A DNA stretch of 64,000 nucleotides from Candidatus Pacearchaeota archaeon. GTDB lineage: Archaea > Nanobdellota > Nanobdellia > Pacearchaeales > GW2011-AR1. The stretch's first letter is position 1. The number at the start of each line of letters is the position of its first letter. Both the position numbers and the translations under genes were made by a program. Below the pieces are notes generated by a model. That model was not told where the DNA came from, searched no databases, and was given only the letters and a program-made list of their open reading frames with translations. Below, one piece after another: positions 10,525 to 21,307 of this stretch. The stretch spans positions 27,470-91,469 of the forward strand of contig BPGA01000001.1 in assembly GCA_026002795.1 (NCBI GenBank), given 5' to 3'.

Positions 10525-12312
10525 TTAACTAGATTCGTATACCTCTAAGCCTTTTTTGGAAAGCAATACTTTATTCCCGAACTCTGGTTTCTTTCTATGT
10601 ATTTTTTTGAGCATATAGCCCTCTACAGCAGCCCAATTACTTGTCGGATAATCAAGCTCTATAGTCTCCTTGAACTTGATGTTATTCAGAATATCTTCAA
10701 AATATTTAATAGTACTAGATATTTCTTTTTCTCTTGATTTAGTTATATCTTGTATATCTCCTAATTTTCTAAGATTTTCTTTATTATCTATCATGAAATG
10801 CTTTAATAATCTAAGAAGTGCTCCTATTTCTCTTGGAGTAAGTTTATCCTTTTCTATCTTTTGGGTATGTAATACTTTTTCAATTATGTCAAAATAATTT
10901 TTTATTAAATTAAAAGCGAATTCTGTTCCCTCTTTACGAATATTCTCATCTTCCTTATAGCCTGAATAAAATGTAGCCAATCCTTCAATTTCTAGACCAC
11001 CCCTCTTATACTTCTTGTTCAACCTTAAAACTCCCCCATATGTAATCACACTAATTATACTTTTTCTCGATTCTCCTCTTTTGAGTGTTGTTTCTTTAAA
11101 AGAAAACCTTCCAGAAAAGAACCCTTTCTTATCAAGTTTTTTAAATACTTGATACCAAAAATTCTCTTCAGATTCTGGGTCTATTCTTGCCTTTAAGATA
11201 AAAGAGAGGTTTGGGTCGACTTTTTCTTGAGTTTTATTAATCTTATAAAATATTTTCTCCATTTGAAGATATTTTTCTTTTTCATCACCTTTTTTAAGAA
11301 ATATTAGAGTAACTAAAATATGACTATTTAACTTATTACCCTTAACAAAAGAAAAAAATCTATGTTGACCGTCTATTATTATTAGAGAATTATACTCATC
11401 AAAGAATGTTATTTCTTCATCAGTAGAATTGTAGAACTCTTTTTCGTCCTTGTAGATATCGGGGTTCAAAAAGATAATAATATTATTTGGAAAAGTTTCA
11501 CTTTTCTCTAAGTATTCATTTATTTTTTCTAGCCTATTGGATTTAATCATTCTTTGGAATCCTTTTTTGTCGTACTTTTGAGCCATCCTTAAGACAGTAA
11601 CATAATCAACAATCTCCTCTACTCTTGGTGAGAAGGAGTACATGATCATATCTTCTTTAGATAAAGGTAATCTTGTTACCTTAAATGGATTAGACCTTGC
11701 TGGTTTATCTGTTTTAGAGGCACTTTTTTTCTCTAAATCTGATTTTCTTACATTCAAAAAATACATAAAATCATTGAAAAGTATTGTTTTATTTAATCTG
11801 TTTAATACTTCAAGAAAATATTGGTGGATGTCTTTATCGATTATGATATTATTTGATTCTTTTTGCTTTAAGAGATATTCCTCGTCAATTTGCTTATTTG
11901 GAGCAAAAAATACCTTCTTTAATATTGGTTTGTAGTCTGAAGAGAAGGAACGTATATGATCTTGTATTTCTTTAAGTTTATTATTTGCTAATTTCTCTTT
12001 TTCCGCAATGTTCTTTTTTCTTTTTTTAGTTACTTTAATGCTCAGGTCTAATGCCTCAACTTTATCAACTCTGTCAAGTTTGTCAAAGAACTTTTCTAAT
12101 TCTTTCATTACCTTTTCACTTCTACCTTCATTAATTCCAATCAAAAAAACTAAATTTTTATGTAAGATTACAGCATCTATTTCTCCATCTTTACTTTTAT
12201 CTCTTAATTTTATTTCATGGCCTATTTTGGGGTCATCAAAAATATAAATTTTAAACCCTAAGTTATTAGCAAGATTTCTTAGTTCATTATTTGCTGAATA
12301 ACCTCTTCTCAT
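10525..12312 (-). CDS. DGQHR-motif (DndB-like, ParB/Srx-fold) protein with extra N- and C-terminal regions
   Basis: 595 aa with the literal motif IIIDGQHRFFSF. Its start overlaps the stop of the upstream methyltransferase (ATGA). Confidence 0.7.
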   Translation of the reverse strand: MRRGYSANNELRNLANNLGFKIYIFDDPKIGHEIKLRDKSKDGEIDAVILHKNLVFLIGINEGRSEKVMKELEKFFDKLDRVDKVEALDLSIKVTKKRKKNIAEKEKLANNKLKEIQDHIRSFSSDYKPILKKVFFAPNKQIDEEYLLKQKESNNIIIDKDIHQYFLEVLNRLNKTILFNDFMYFLNVRKSDLEKKSASKTDKPARSNPFKVTRLPLSKEDMIMYSFSPRVEEIVDYVTVLRMAQKYDKKGFQRMIKSNRLEKINEYLEKSETFPNNIIIFLNPDIYKDEKEFYNSTDEEITFFDEYNSLIIIDGQHRFFSFVKGNKLNSHILVTLIFLKKGDEKEKYLQMEKIFYKINKTQEKVDPNLSFILKARIDPESEENFWYQVFKKLDKKGFFSGRFSFKETTLKRGESRKSIISVITYGGVLRLNKKYKRGGLEIEGLATFYSGYKEDENIRKEGTEFAFNLIKNYFDIIEKVLHTQKIEKDKLTPREIGALLRLLKHFMIDNKENLRKLGDIQDITKSREKEISSTIKYFEDILNNIKFKETIELDYPTSNWAAVEGYMLKKIHRKKPEFGNKVLLSKKGLEVYESS

Positions 12313-13160
12313 TTTTTCAACCTTTTCAAACCTAATTTAATGTAATCAGGATTTATCTCAATCCCTATTGAATTTCTATTTAATTCTTTTGCAACAGCAG
12401 ATAAAGTGAATGTGCCTGCAAATGGATCTAATAGTATGTCATTCTTGTTGCTGCTTACTTTAACGAATATTCTCAAAAGTTCTAAAGGTAACTGGCATGG
12501 ATGTTTTTTATTAAATCTGTCCTTTGAAACATTCTTAAGCAAATTTATATCTAACACATCAATCATACCTTTACTTAATTCAATTAGGTCCAAAAATCTT
12601 AATAAATCATAAGAAGTTCTTCCTTTTGAACCGTTTTTTATACGTTCTTTTATTTTCTTGACTTCTGGATTTTTATAGTGCTGAATTATATTCTCTCTAT
12701 TGAAAGTGTATTTGTTGCTTTTTGTAAAAAATAGGATTGATCGTTGACTTCTTGTAAAATTCTTTTTAGAGTGTCCTATATTTGTCGGGTAGTGCCATGT
12801 TATCCAACGCCTAAATTTAAGCTTTAATTCATCTTCTATAAATGGTAGAAGCCTTGCATTAATTTCAGGATAGTTAATTAAATAGAAAGATCCTGTGTTT
12901 TTTAACAACCTAGCACATTCTTTTAACCATATCCTACATTCAGCAAAATATTCTTCTTTTCTTTTTCTGTCTTTAGAATAAGGACCATAATCTAAACCAA
13001 CATTATATGGCGGATCAGTAATAATAAGATCTATATTGCATCCTTTTATATTTTTTAAAATTTTAAGGGAATCACCATTGATGAGAAAATGAGATGTATT
13101 ATTAAATCTTACCTCTTTTATTTTTCTCTTATTTATATTTAACAATATTGAATCCTTCAT
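12309..13160 (-). CDS. beta-class N6-adenine/N4-cytosine DNA methyltransferase
   Basis: 283 aa with motif IV (DLIITDPPYNVG) near the N-terminus and motif I (LLDPFAGTFT) near the C-terminus. This is the circular permutation of N6_N4_Mtase enzymes. Confidence 0.85.
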   Translation of the reverse strand: MKDSILLNINKRKIKEVRFNNTSHFLINGDSLKILKNIKGCNIDLIITDPPYNVGLDYGPYSKDRKRKEEYFAECRIWLKECARLLKNTGSFYLINYPEINARLLPFIEDELKLKFRRWITWHYPTNIGHSKKNFTRSQRSILFFTKSNKYTFNRENIIQHYKNPEVKKIKERIKNGSKGRTSYDLLRFLDLIELSKGMIDVLDINLLKNVSKDRFNKKHPCQLPLELLRIFVKVSSNKNDILLDPFAGTFTLSAVAKELNRNSIGIEINPDYIKLGLKRLKK

Positions 13161-16100
13161 TTTATCACGATAGGTTTTTCTTTTTCCTCACTAACAAATC
13201 TTTCTATCATTTTCTGAAAATCATCAAACCAATACTTCTTGTAACCTTCTGAGAGTTTATTTATATCCTCTGTAAATAGGAAGAGATGAACCTGCACATT
13301 AATTTTATCTTTTTGGAAGGTCTTTTTTTCATCCTTTTCTTCAAAAATTAATTTATATCCATCTACTTTGTACTCATAATCCGTATGCTTCGTTCCCTTC
13401 GGATCAGCAAAAATTATGAAATACTTATTTTCTTTTTTAAGCCAAAAAATAAAATCTGGTTTGAATTTCTCTATTTTATTATGTGCTTTGTTGTAGTATG
13501 GAATAAAAATATTATCAAGGTATTCGTCTAATTTACAAAACATCCACCAATCAAATGATTTAAGGATGTTATTTTCTTGTTTTATGAAATTCTCTAATTG
13601 TTCAATAAATCTTTTTTCACTTTCTACATTAATTATGTGATTAATATAATCTATCTTTTCTTTTTCAGAAAGGATAATTGGGATGTAGTAATGGTTTAAT
13701 AAATTTTTTATTCTTAATGTAGAACCATTTGTTATGAATTCTTCTTCATTAGACATCTTACTTAATTCTTTGATTTTAGAAGTATAATCATCTACACTTA
13801 TCTTTTTGGCTTCCAATAACTTCTTTAATTCAGACTCTTGTTTTGAAGGATCTCTATATATCTTTACCTTATTTATTAACCCTTTCAATTTCTGCAATTC
13901 TCTTGCTTCTAGAGTTACTCTAATTCTCTTAAAGTGTACTATCTCATCTTCCACTTGCTTAAATTTATCTAAATCTTGCAAAGTTATGTTAACATGACTC
14001 ATCAGTTTAGCCAATTGAGAATAAACATCGCTTCCTTTAAATGTTAAGAAATTACCATTTTTAAGAAAATCTCTTGATTTTTCAAGAGTTTTTGGATTAA
14101 CATAATTTTCGTGAGAGAATAACGCATAAATTAATCTTTCATCACCTATCCACTCTATGAAAGCTGTTAAAAGTTGCCTGTTTCCTTCAAATTTAGGAAG
14201 CTTTCCAACAGATACCACTTCTTTTCTATCTTTGTAAACAGGAATGAGTAAAATTTTATCTTTAATCTCTTTATTTTCTTCTAGCTCTATCATCTCTCCA
14301 GAAGCTTTTCTTTCATATTTTATGCTTTCCAGTATTACCTGTACATTCTTTTTATTAGTTCCAAGAACAAACAAGGTTTCTATTAAAGAGATATCTTCTT
14401 GCTCTAACTTTGAATATACTTCTTTATCAATAATATCATTTTCTCGCTTTAATGGAAGGAGCCTTTTTCTTTTTCCTTTGATTGGCTGAATTCTTACTCC
14501 CCTACCAATTGACTGAGTAACGTATTTTTTAGCATCTCCCTTACCAATATTTATGAAAATCATTACATTTGGCCTGTTAGAATCCCACCCTTCATAAAAG
14601 GCTCTTGACCCCATTAAGATATTAACAAAATTATTATCATGGCTTATTGTTCTAAAATAACTTTTATTCTCATAAGATTCATTAATCTCATAATTTTCCA
14701 ATTTATCTTTAAGCCATTGACTAATATCTCCAATCTTTATTAAAGCAAATGGCTGATCAGACGTTTTTAGTTTAAATATAAGCTCTTCTCTATTTTGTGG
14801 AATTTTTATTACTTCAATATTTCCGAAAGATGTAGCATTAAAAATCTGTTTAAGCAAGTCTTTTAACTTTATTTTCTTAACATCATTTTCGTTAAACAAA
14901 ACGCTTTCATTCCCGAACACATATCTTGGATGTTCTGAAAGCTCTTCAATTATCTCTTTTTTTGCCTCTTCTAATAAAGTTTTGTCAACTTTCCCCACCC
15001 CAATTTTTTCAAGTTCCTTAAAGAATATTTCTAAATCTGATTCTTCTACATTTACAGAATTTACTAACGCAACCAATAATGGGTTATGGTAATGTTTTCC
15101 TTTCAAATTATTGTCTATATTGCTTTTAGCTATTTTGCTTAAAGTAAGAAGTATCAAAGATTTTAGGACAATCTTTTGTTTGTTTTTATCGCTAAAATCT
15201 CCTTTGTCTTTAAAAGCATTTAATTCTTGCTGTGAGAGATAAACATTCTTTCCATAACCCTTTCTAATAAAAGTGTCTAAGTTGAAGTTATAAGTAGTTG
15301 TTATTATGTCCCATACATCAGTAAATGTTGCAGAAAAATTGAATAAAAAACCATTTCTTGTTAATAAGGAGTAATAAAGCTGTCTTTTAGAATCTTCTTT
15401 ATCTCCTTTATGTGCCTCATCTAATAAAACGAACCATCTTCCATTATTTTCTATATCCTCAAATCCCAGAAGTTTTTCTTTGGTTTCTTCTGAAATTAAA
15501 TCTGAACGGTAAATGAAAATGTTGATATGTTCTTTAAATGCTAAAATATTTCCTCTTTTAACATCGTCATATTTGTTTAACTCCCATACTTTTATTTTTC
15601 TTGTTGCTTTCTTATTAAATTCATCTATATGTTGTTTTATCTGATCAATTAAATCTTCTCTATGTGTTAAGATGAGAATGTCATTATCTGGGATTAATCC
15701 AGATTGTTTTAGTTTGTCGAGTAATTCTATTAATTTTATTAAGATAACTGTTTTTCCTGAACCTGTTGCCATCCAAAAACTCATTCTATTAACAAAATGC
15801 AAGAAATGTATCTTTTCATGAGAATTTTCTTCAATTATCGGATAGTATTGCTTTAATTTGCTAAAAAGCAATTTATTTGTCTTTCTAGTTGTTATACCAA
15901 GAGAATCTGCTAGTTCTCTTTCAAACTTTCTTATCTCATTAAAGAATTTCTTTTTTCTTTCAATATTTGCTAATTCATCTTCCCCTTTCTGAAATTTTTG
16001 TAAAGAATTAAAATAATAATGGAGAAGTTTTATAGCATTCTTAACCGCTTCTTGTTGATAATCAAATAGTGATATGTTGTCTGAGAAAGATGATAAATTT

Positions 16101-16189
16101 ATCCTTAACCATTCTGAAGGAAGACTGTCAAAAGAGATTTCTTCTGCAATATCTTGGTACAGCAAGGGTGCTTTTTGTTCTTTAGGCAT
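13157..16189 (-). CDS. SF2 (ResIII/DEAH) helicase fused to a C-terminal PD-(D/E)xK-like nuclease; restriction-subunit-like
   Basis: 1010 aa with Walker A (ATGSGKT), DEAH (LLDEAHKG), SAT (NFSATF) and motif VI (QSIGRGVR). The C-terminus has KPDF...ADPKG spacing typical of restriction-endonuclease-fold proteins. Confidence 0.8.
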   Translation of the reverse strand: MPKEQKAPLLYQDIAEEISFDSLPSEWLRINLSSFSDNISLFDYQQEAVKNAIKLLHYYFNSLQKFQKGEDELANIERKKKFFNEIRKFERELADSLGITTRKTNKLLFSKLKQYYPIIEENSHEKIHFLHFVNRMSFWMATGSGKTVILIKLIELLDKLKQSGLIPDNDILILTHREDLIDQIKQHIDEFNKKATRKIKVWELNKYDDVKRGNILAFKEHINIFIYRSDLISEETKEKLLGFEDIENNGRWFVLLDEAHKGDKEDSKRQLYYSLLTRNGFLFNFSATFTDVWDIITTTYNFNLDTFIRKGYGKNVYLSQQELNAFKDKGDFSDKNKQKIVLKSLILLTLSKIAKSNIDNNLKGKHYHNPLLVALVNSVNVEESDLEIFFKELEKIGVGKVDKTLLEEAKKEIIEELSEHPRYVFGNESVLFNENDVKKIKLKDLLKQIFNATSFGNIEVIKIPQNREELIFKLKTSDQPFALIKIGDISQWLKDKLENYEINESYENKSYFRTISHDNNFVNILMGSRAFYEGWDSNRPNVMIFINIGKGDAKKYVTQSIGRGVRIQPIKGKRKRLLPLKRENDIIDKEVYSKLEQEDISLIETLFVLGTNKKNVQVILESIKYERKASGEMIELEENKEIKDKILLIPVYKDRKEVVSVGKLPKFEGNRQLLTAFIEWIGDERLIYALFSHENYVNPKTLEKSRDFLKNGNFLTFKGSDVYSQLAKLMSHVNITLQDLDKFKQVEDEIVHFKRIRVTLEARELQKLKGLINKVKIYRDPSKQESELKKLLEAKKISVDDYTSKIKELSKMSNEEEFITNGSTLRIKNLLNHYYIPIILSEKEKIDYINHIINVESEKRFIEQLENFIKQENNILKSFDWWMFCKLDEYLDNIFIPYYNKAHNKIEKFKPDFIFWLKKENKYFIIFADPKGTKHTDYEYKVDGYKLIFEEKDEKKTFQKDKINVQVHLFLFTEDINKLSEGYKKYWFDDFQKMIERFVSEEKEKPIVIK

Positions 16190-16601
16190 TTTTAATCATC
16201 TTCCGAATTTCTTTAATTAAAATATTGCATTTTTCTATTGCTTCTTTGCATGTTTCAAAGTCCATTCTTTTTCCATAATAGGTTAATGAATTTCTTTTAT
16301 ATCTTAAGTCATCAAATAAAATAAATAAATCTTCTCTCCCCAATTTATCTTTTAAAAAATAGCCAATACAAATATGATTTAATATGTTATACCCTTCTCT
16401 AAATGCAATTGCTTGTAAAATCTCAACTATAGAAGTATAATAATCCTCAAATACAAAATTGCAGTTCTTTTCTGTTATTTCTTTAACTAATCCTATTCTA
16501 TCTTCTGCTGTTTCAATTAAAGATTTTGCTCTCTCATAATCAGAAGTCGTTTTTTTAACTGATTGATTTTCAATACAATCATTCCAAGATTTTTCTTTCA
16601 T
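16182..16601 (-). CDS. HEPN-domain protein (partner of the nucleotidyltransferase)
   Basis: 139 aa, all-helical, with the motif LRYKRNSLTYYG at the position of the HEPN Rx4-6H motif. Tyr replaces the His. It overlaps both neighbours. Confidence 0.7.
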   Translation of the reverse strand: MKEKSWNDCIENQSVKKTTSDYERAKSLIETAEDRIGLVKEITEKNCNFVFEDYYTSIVEILQAIAFREGYNILNHICIGYFLKDKLGREDLFILFDDLRYKRNSLTYYGKRMDFETCKEAIEKCNILIKEIRKMIKNA

Positions 16602-17131
16602 TTAAACACCTCAACATAGTTATTTAAAACAATTCCGTTTAAAATATTATTAGCTAAATGAGGATTTTTAATTTCTTTAATTGTTTTATGCCTAAAAACC
16701 TGAATTTCTCTTTTCAATATATTTTCAAACTTTTCAAGATTAATTTCCTTTTTAGATGGTGTTTCAACATACAAGTCAATATCGCTTTTTTCATTATCTT
16801 CTCCCCTTGCATAAGATCCGAAAACAATTATTACAGGATTGCTTAATTCTACTTTTAAGAAATTAACAAGGCCAGAAGTGTAAAGTGATTTTATGTTAAA
16901 CAGCTTTTTCTCTAAAATAAAATTTTCATTGCTTCTGTTTGCTGTATAAAATGTCACGCTTCCTATTTTTTGCATTGTTAAAATTCCTTCTTTTTCAAGC
17001 TCTTTGCAGTATCTTATAACAGATGGTAGAGGTAATTTTAAATTTCTCTCAATTTCTCTAACCCTGAGTTTAGCAGTCGGATTAATAAAAAAATGTTCCT
17101 TAATGGTTTCTTTGATATTTTTCCTTTTCAT
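16598..17131 (-). CDS. wHTH-fused minimal nucleotidyltransferase (MNT-type)
   Basis: 177 aa with an N-terminal HTH-like segment (VREIERNLKLPLPSVIRYCKELEKEG) and the NTase signature FGSYARGEDNEKSDIDLYV. Confidence 0.8.
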   Translation of the reverse strand: MKRKNIKETIKEHFFINPTAKLRVREIERNLKLPLPSVIRYCKELEKEGILTMQKIGSVTFYTANRSNENFILEKKLFNIKSLYTSGLVNFLKVELSNPVIIVFGSYARGEDNEKSDIDLYVETPSKKEINLEKFENILKREIQVFRHKTIKEIKNPHLANNILNGIVLNNYVEVFK

Positions 17132-17194
17132 ATGATAATAAATAATATCAATTGATATTTAAAGTTATTGGTTGTTAAGATTTTCTTACTTGTG

Positions 17195-18388
17195 TTAAGA
17201 TTTTTTAACACTTTTATATGTCAAAAGGTTTTTTGTAGGTTGGGTGTTTTTATCATTCCTTGTTTTATTTAAAAATACTTTTAAAATTAAATCTTTTCCA
17301 TCTTGATTTATTTCTATGTTTTTTATTCTTCCTAACTTACTCAAAAACTCACTCTCAATTTTATTTCGTATTGTCCTTATAAGAGATTCTTTAATTACTC
17401 CGTCATTCAAATCATAGAGAGAAGAATAGTCTTTTAATACAAATTCAAATTTTCTCTTTTTGTTATTTATGGAACGCTCTAATTCCTTTACCATTTTTTC
17501 ATCTAATACTCTTTTTATTTCTCCTCGGTCTTTTAATGTAATTGTTTTGAAAAATTCTGTTTTTAGTTTATTTTTATTTTGCACTATGCTCAATAAAATA
17601 GCCCTTCTTTTTTTCCATCTTTTCAACCAAGTTTCTAATGAGGAAATCGGCATTTTTTGATCAATAACATAAAAAGTTTTGTTAATATTTATTGCAACGG
17701 CCACATGACAAGGTATTAAAACAAAGTAAATTTTGTTTTTGGGATATAAATTTAGTAACAAAGCAGATGTTAATTTAGCGTAGTCTCTACAAACAGCCAA
17801 TCTATATTTAATTATTTCATTGGTAGATAATGAAAATTTGAATGTGTCTTTAAGTTTAAACTCTGGATGATTTAATTTCAAGATTCTATATTTTAAGTTT
17901 AAATATAAAATTAAGGAGATTATTCCTCCAGAAGAAAGTGATAAAATAACTATTAAAAATAAATTAAATACTTTGATGGCAGAAATTGGATTTATAGTAA
18001 TCAAAATTACTATAAAAGATAGAATATATGAAGTCAGGATAACCAGATAATTAAGAAATATATAAAAACTAAATACTATCCCTACAATTATTAAAATCAG
18101 TATTATTGCCCTTAACAGGATAGAGGATGGAAGTAGGATATATAATCCTGCGATAGAAAAAAATGAAAGAAAGACTAACAATATGAACATCAACCATCTC
18201 TCTTCCCAAAAATCTACATTTTTATCCTGCCACTCTAAAATATTATTTAATGTTTCAGAATCGTTTTTTCCTTTTAATCTATTTGCTAACTTTTTAACTT
18301 CTTTATCATCAATATCTTCTTTTGTTGGAAGAAATTGTTTTTCTTGGAATTTTCTAAACAATCTAAATTTTAATAAAAATTCAAACAT
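17195..18388 (-). CDS. multi-pass membrane protein with transglutaminase-like cysteine-protease core
   Basis: 397 aa with 4-5 central TM helices followed by a Cys (AVCRDYAKL), His (PCHVAV) and Asp (VIDQK) triad arrangement. Confidence 0.55.
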   Translation of the reverse strand: MFEFLLKFRLFRKFQEKQFLPTKEDIDDKEVKKLANRLKGKNDSETLNNILEWQDKNVDFWEERWLMFILLVFLSFFSIAGLYILLPSSILLRAIILILIIVGIVFSFYIFLNYLVILTSYILSFIVILITINPISAIKVFNLFLIVILSLSSGGIISLILYLNLKYRILKLNHPEFKLKDTFKFSLSTNEIIKYRLAVCRDYAKLTSALLLNLYPKNKIYFVLIPCHVAVAININKTFYVIDQKMPISSLETWLKRWKKRRAILLSIVQNKNKLKTEFFKTITLKDRGEIKRVLDEKMVKELERSINNKKRKFEFVLKDYSSLYDLNDGVIKESLIRTIRNKIESEFLSKLGRIKNIEINQDGKDLILKVFLNKTRNDKNTQPTKNLLTYKSVKKS

Positions 18389-18390
18389 TT

Positions 18391-18807
18391 TTATCTCCCA
18401 TCCAAAGCATCATTTACTAATTTATCTGCATATTGAATAAACCGATTATTTCTTTTGACATGATTGTAAATGACTTTCTCAAATGCCTTTTCTCTATCTT
18501 TTAGAATATAAAACAATTCTCTTAATTTCTCATTCTTTATTCTATATCTTCCACTTAATTGCCTTACAACCAATTCACTATCAAGAAAACATCTAATAGT
18601 TCTCCTACAATGTGCAGTAGCCAATTCTAAAGCTTTAATTAATGCTTTATATTCTGCTTGATTATTAGTGCATTCTCCAATACACTCTTTATATTCAGCT
18701 ATTTTATTTTTGTTTTCGTCAAAGAAAACTATACCTATCGCTGCAGGTCCCGGATTACCTCTTGATCCTCCATCGGTATAAACATATAAGTTTAATATCT
18801 TAGTCAT
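18391..18807 (-). CDS. rnhA: ribonuclease HI (type 1 RNase H)
   Basis: 138 aa with the DEDD catalytic pattern: YTDGGSRGNPGPAA, NNQAEYKALI, DSELVV and YADKLVNDA. Confidence 0.85.
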   Translation of the reverse strand: MTKILNLYVYTDGGSRGNPGPAAIGIVFFDENKNKIAEYKECIGECTNNQAEYKALIKALELATAHCRRTIRCFLDSELVVRQLSGRYRIKNEKLRELFYILKDREKAFEKVIYNHVKRNNRFIQYADKLVNDALDGR

Positions 18808-18808
18808 T

Positions 18809-21307
18809 TTACCACCAAATCAAACCTTTAATTAAATTAAAATCAATCTCGTCAAACCTAATCCTTTCACCACCTTCCAAAACAACAGCATTTTTCTCAA
18901 TCTTTCTTATTGATTTTCCAGTTATGCAAGAGATTGTTTCTGCTAAATCTATGTTAGGATAAATCTTGTTAAAATCAATTTTGATTTTGTTGTTTTTATA
19001 ATCTAATTCCATTGCTTCTAAAAACTTTAAATCTTTCAGGAAGACATATTGCTGATAGATTGTTTTATCTGAGAAAACAACGAACGGATGGCTTTCTTTA
19101 TAAACTGCTTTCTTTAAAGTCTGTTCGTATTGTTCTAAATCATAGTATTTGAAAAATCCACCTGCTTTTTTCTCATTGTATTTTTCTTTAACATCTTTTT
19201 CTTTTGAAATTCCAGATTTATCATAAGCTAAAACTTTTTTCATTCTTGGCAAAACCACCGTCCAAAAATGCTCTCCCATTTCAACTCCAATCCATTTTCT
19301 TTTAAGTTTATGTGCTACTGCTGTTGTTGTACCTGAACCAAGGAAGAAATCCATAACTAAATCGCCTTCGTTGGAAGTTGATTCTATGACACGCTTTAAG
19401 AGGATTTCGGAGTTTTCGGTTGGAAAGTTCCAATCTTGAGTATACCCGGAATATCATTCCACCAATTTATATATCAAAAGATTCTCTTTTTATTTGTATA
19501 TTCACACGCCACTCATCTTTTCCACATAGGGCCTGTTTTTCACTAATTCCTTCATAATGTTTATATCCCAATTTTTCAAACTACCTAAGTTCTTTTTTAT
19601 TTATAAGATCATTGATTGTTTCTTGCGAAAACCAACCCGTCTTGCTGTTGGTGGTAAAATTTTCTTTTCCAAAAAATTTCTAGCTTCATATTTTCCCTGA
19701 GTATCTGCATGAATGCCATAAATCTTCTTCATTTCTTGTTTTCTCTATTCTCGGTGGATTTATTATAACTTTTCTTCTGAATTTTTAGAATAAAAATATA
19801 AGTTATCATAATCAACTGTAAAAGTTTTTGGTTCTTCAAAAGTCTGTTTTGTACCTCTCATCACAATCTCATTCCTAAAATTCTCCTCGTCAAAAATCTG
19901 ATTCATTAATAACCTTACATACATGTTGCCGTTGTAGTCGCATCTAACAAAAATGCTTCCTGTATCTTTTAATAAATCTCTTGCCAAAGTTATTCTGTTT
20001 CCAAGTAGAGTTATCCAGGTTGAATCTTTGTATTTGACATTATAAAGATAATCGGCATCTTGTTCTTTGTTAAACGGCGGATCAATGTAAATTGTCTGCA
20101 CCTTCTCTTTGAATTTCGGCAGGATTGTCTTTAATGCTTGGTAATTTTCGCTATGGATTAGCCAACCATCTAATTCCTCATCTAAATTGTCAAACAAGGA
20201 AAGAATTTCCAATTTAATGTTTTCATCAAAATATTTTGTGTCTATTGGTAAATGTTCATATTCCTTGCTAATCTCTTTCCCCCTAAGTGTTGTTGTGAAT
20301 AACTTTTTTCTGTCAAAATCCTCTAAAATTCCTAACTCTCGCCATTCTTTAATCTGTTCAGAAAGACCATTGTGTTTTATTATTTCCTCTATCACCCTGA
20401 TCCCGTCTTTTTTCTTAGCTATTCTATCCAAAGTAATAACATAATTGCTGTTTAAAACAAACTTTGGCTTGTTCCAGATTTTGACTAACTCGTCTTCGAA
20501 TTGTGCAACAAAATCAATGACCTTGTAAGCAATTTCCTTTAGCGCTTTCAATTCTTTCAATCTTTTCTCTGAAAAATCACTTTCATCATCAAACAAATAA
20601 TTTTTCAACCATAAATCAAACTGTTCTTTTAAGAAAACTTCGGCATTTTTGTTAATGAAGAAGTCTACTTCGTTTTGCTTTTCAAAAATTCTGAATATTT
20701 TTGTTAATTTTTCTTCATCCAGGAAGATTTTTTTCTTTTTGAATGTTCTAAGAATCTCCTCTGTTTTTGTTTTTCTACCTCTTTCAGAATAAAAAACAAT
20801 GAAAGTTATTTCTTTATCTTTAATGCTCTTTAATTCATAGATTATTTCTCTCTTCTCATTGCCTTTTTTATGCTCTAACTTAGAAACATCAAAATGTATT
20901 TTGTAATTAACTCCTTCAGCGTCAAAATCAATTGTCAAATTATTCCATAGCTTATCTGTTTTGACATAATAAAGCATGTGGGTTTTCCAGAATAAAGCAA
21001 CGTCCTTCTGGTTAGTATATACCCTTTCATAAACTTTAGATTTTAAAGGAGTATAACTAAAATAAATGCTTCCTGATTCAGAAAAATATGTTTTAAAGAA
21101 GCTGTAAAGCTTGTCAAATAATTCTTCTCTGAATTCTGGAAAATCTTTTGTTTTTTCTTCAATGTCCTTAACTAACTCTTTAAAAATTACATCAAAATAA
21201 GCTGATTTTATTCTCATTAAATTGATAAAACCGGATTCTCCTTCTATTTTAGCACCTATGAAAATATCCTTCAACTTATCAAAAAATAATTTTTCTTTCT
21301 GATTCAT
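18809..21307 (-). pseudogene. Mod-type (type III / IIG-like) DNA methyltransferase, disrupted
   Basis: The N-terminal ORF (514 aa) carries motif IV (IYIDPPFN). The C-terminal ORF (181 aa) starts at motif I (DFFLGSGTT). The 19355-19762 spacer still encodes matching sense (WNFPTENSEILLKRVIESTSNEGDLVMDFF...) but spread over several frames with stops. Confidence 0.75.
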
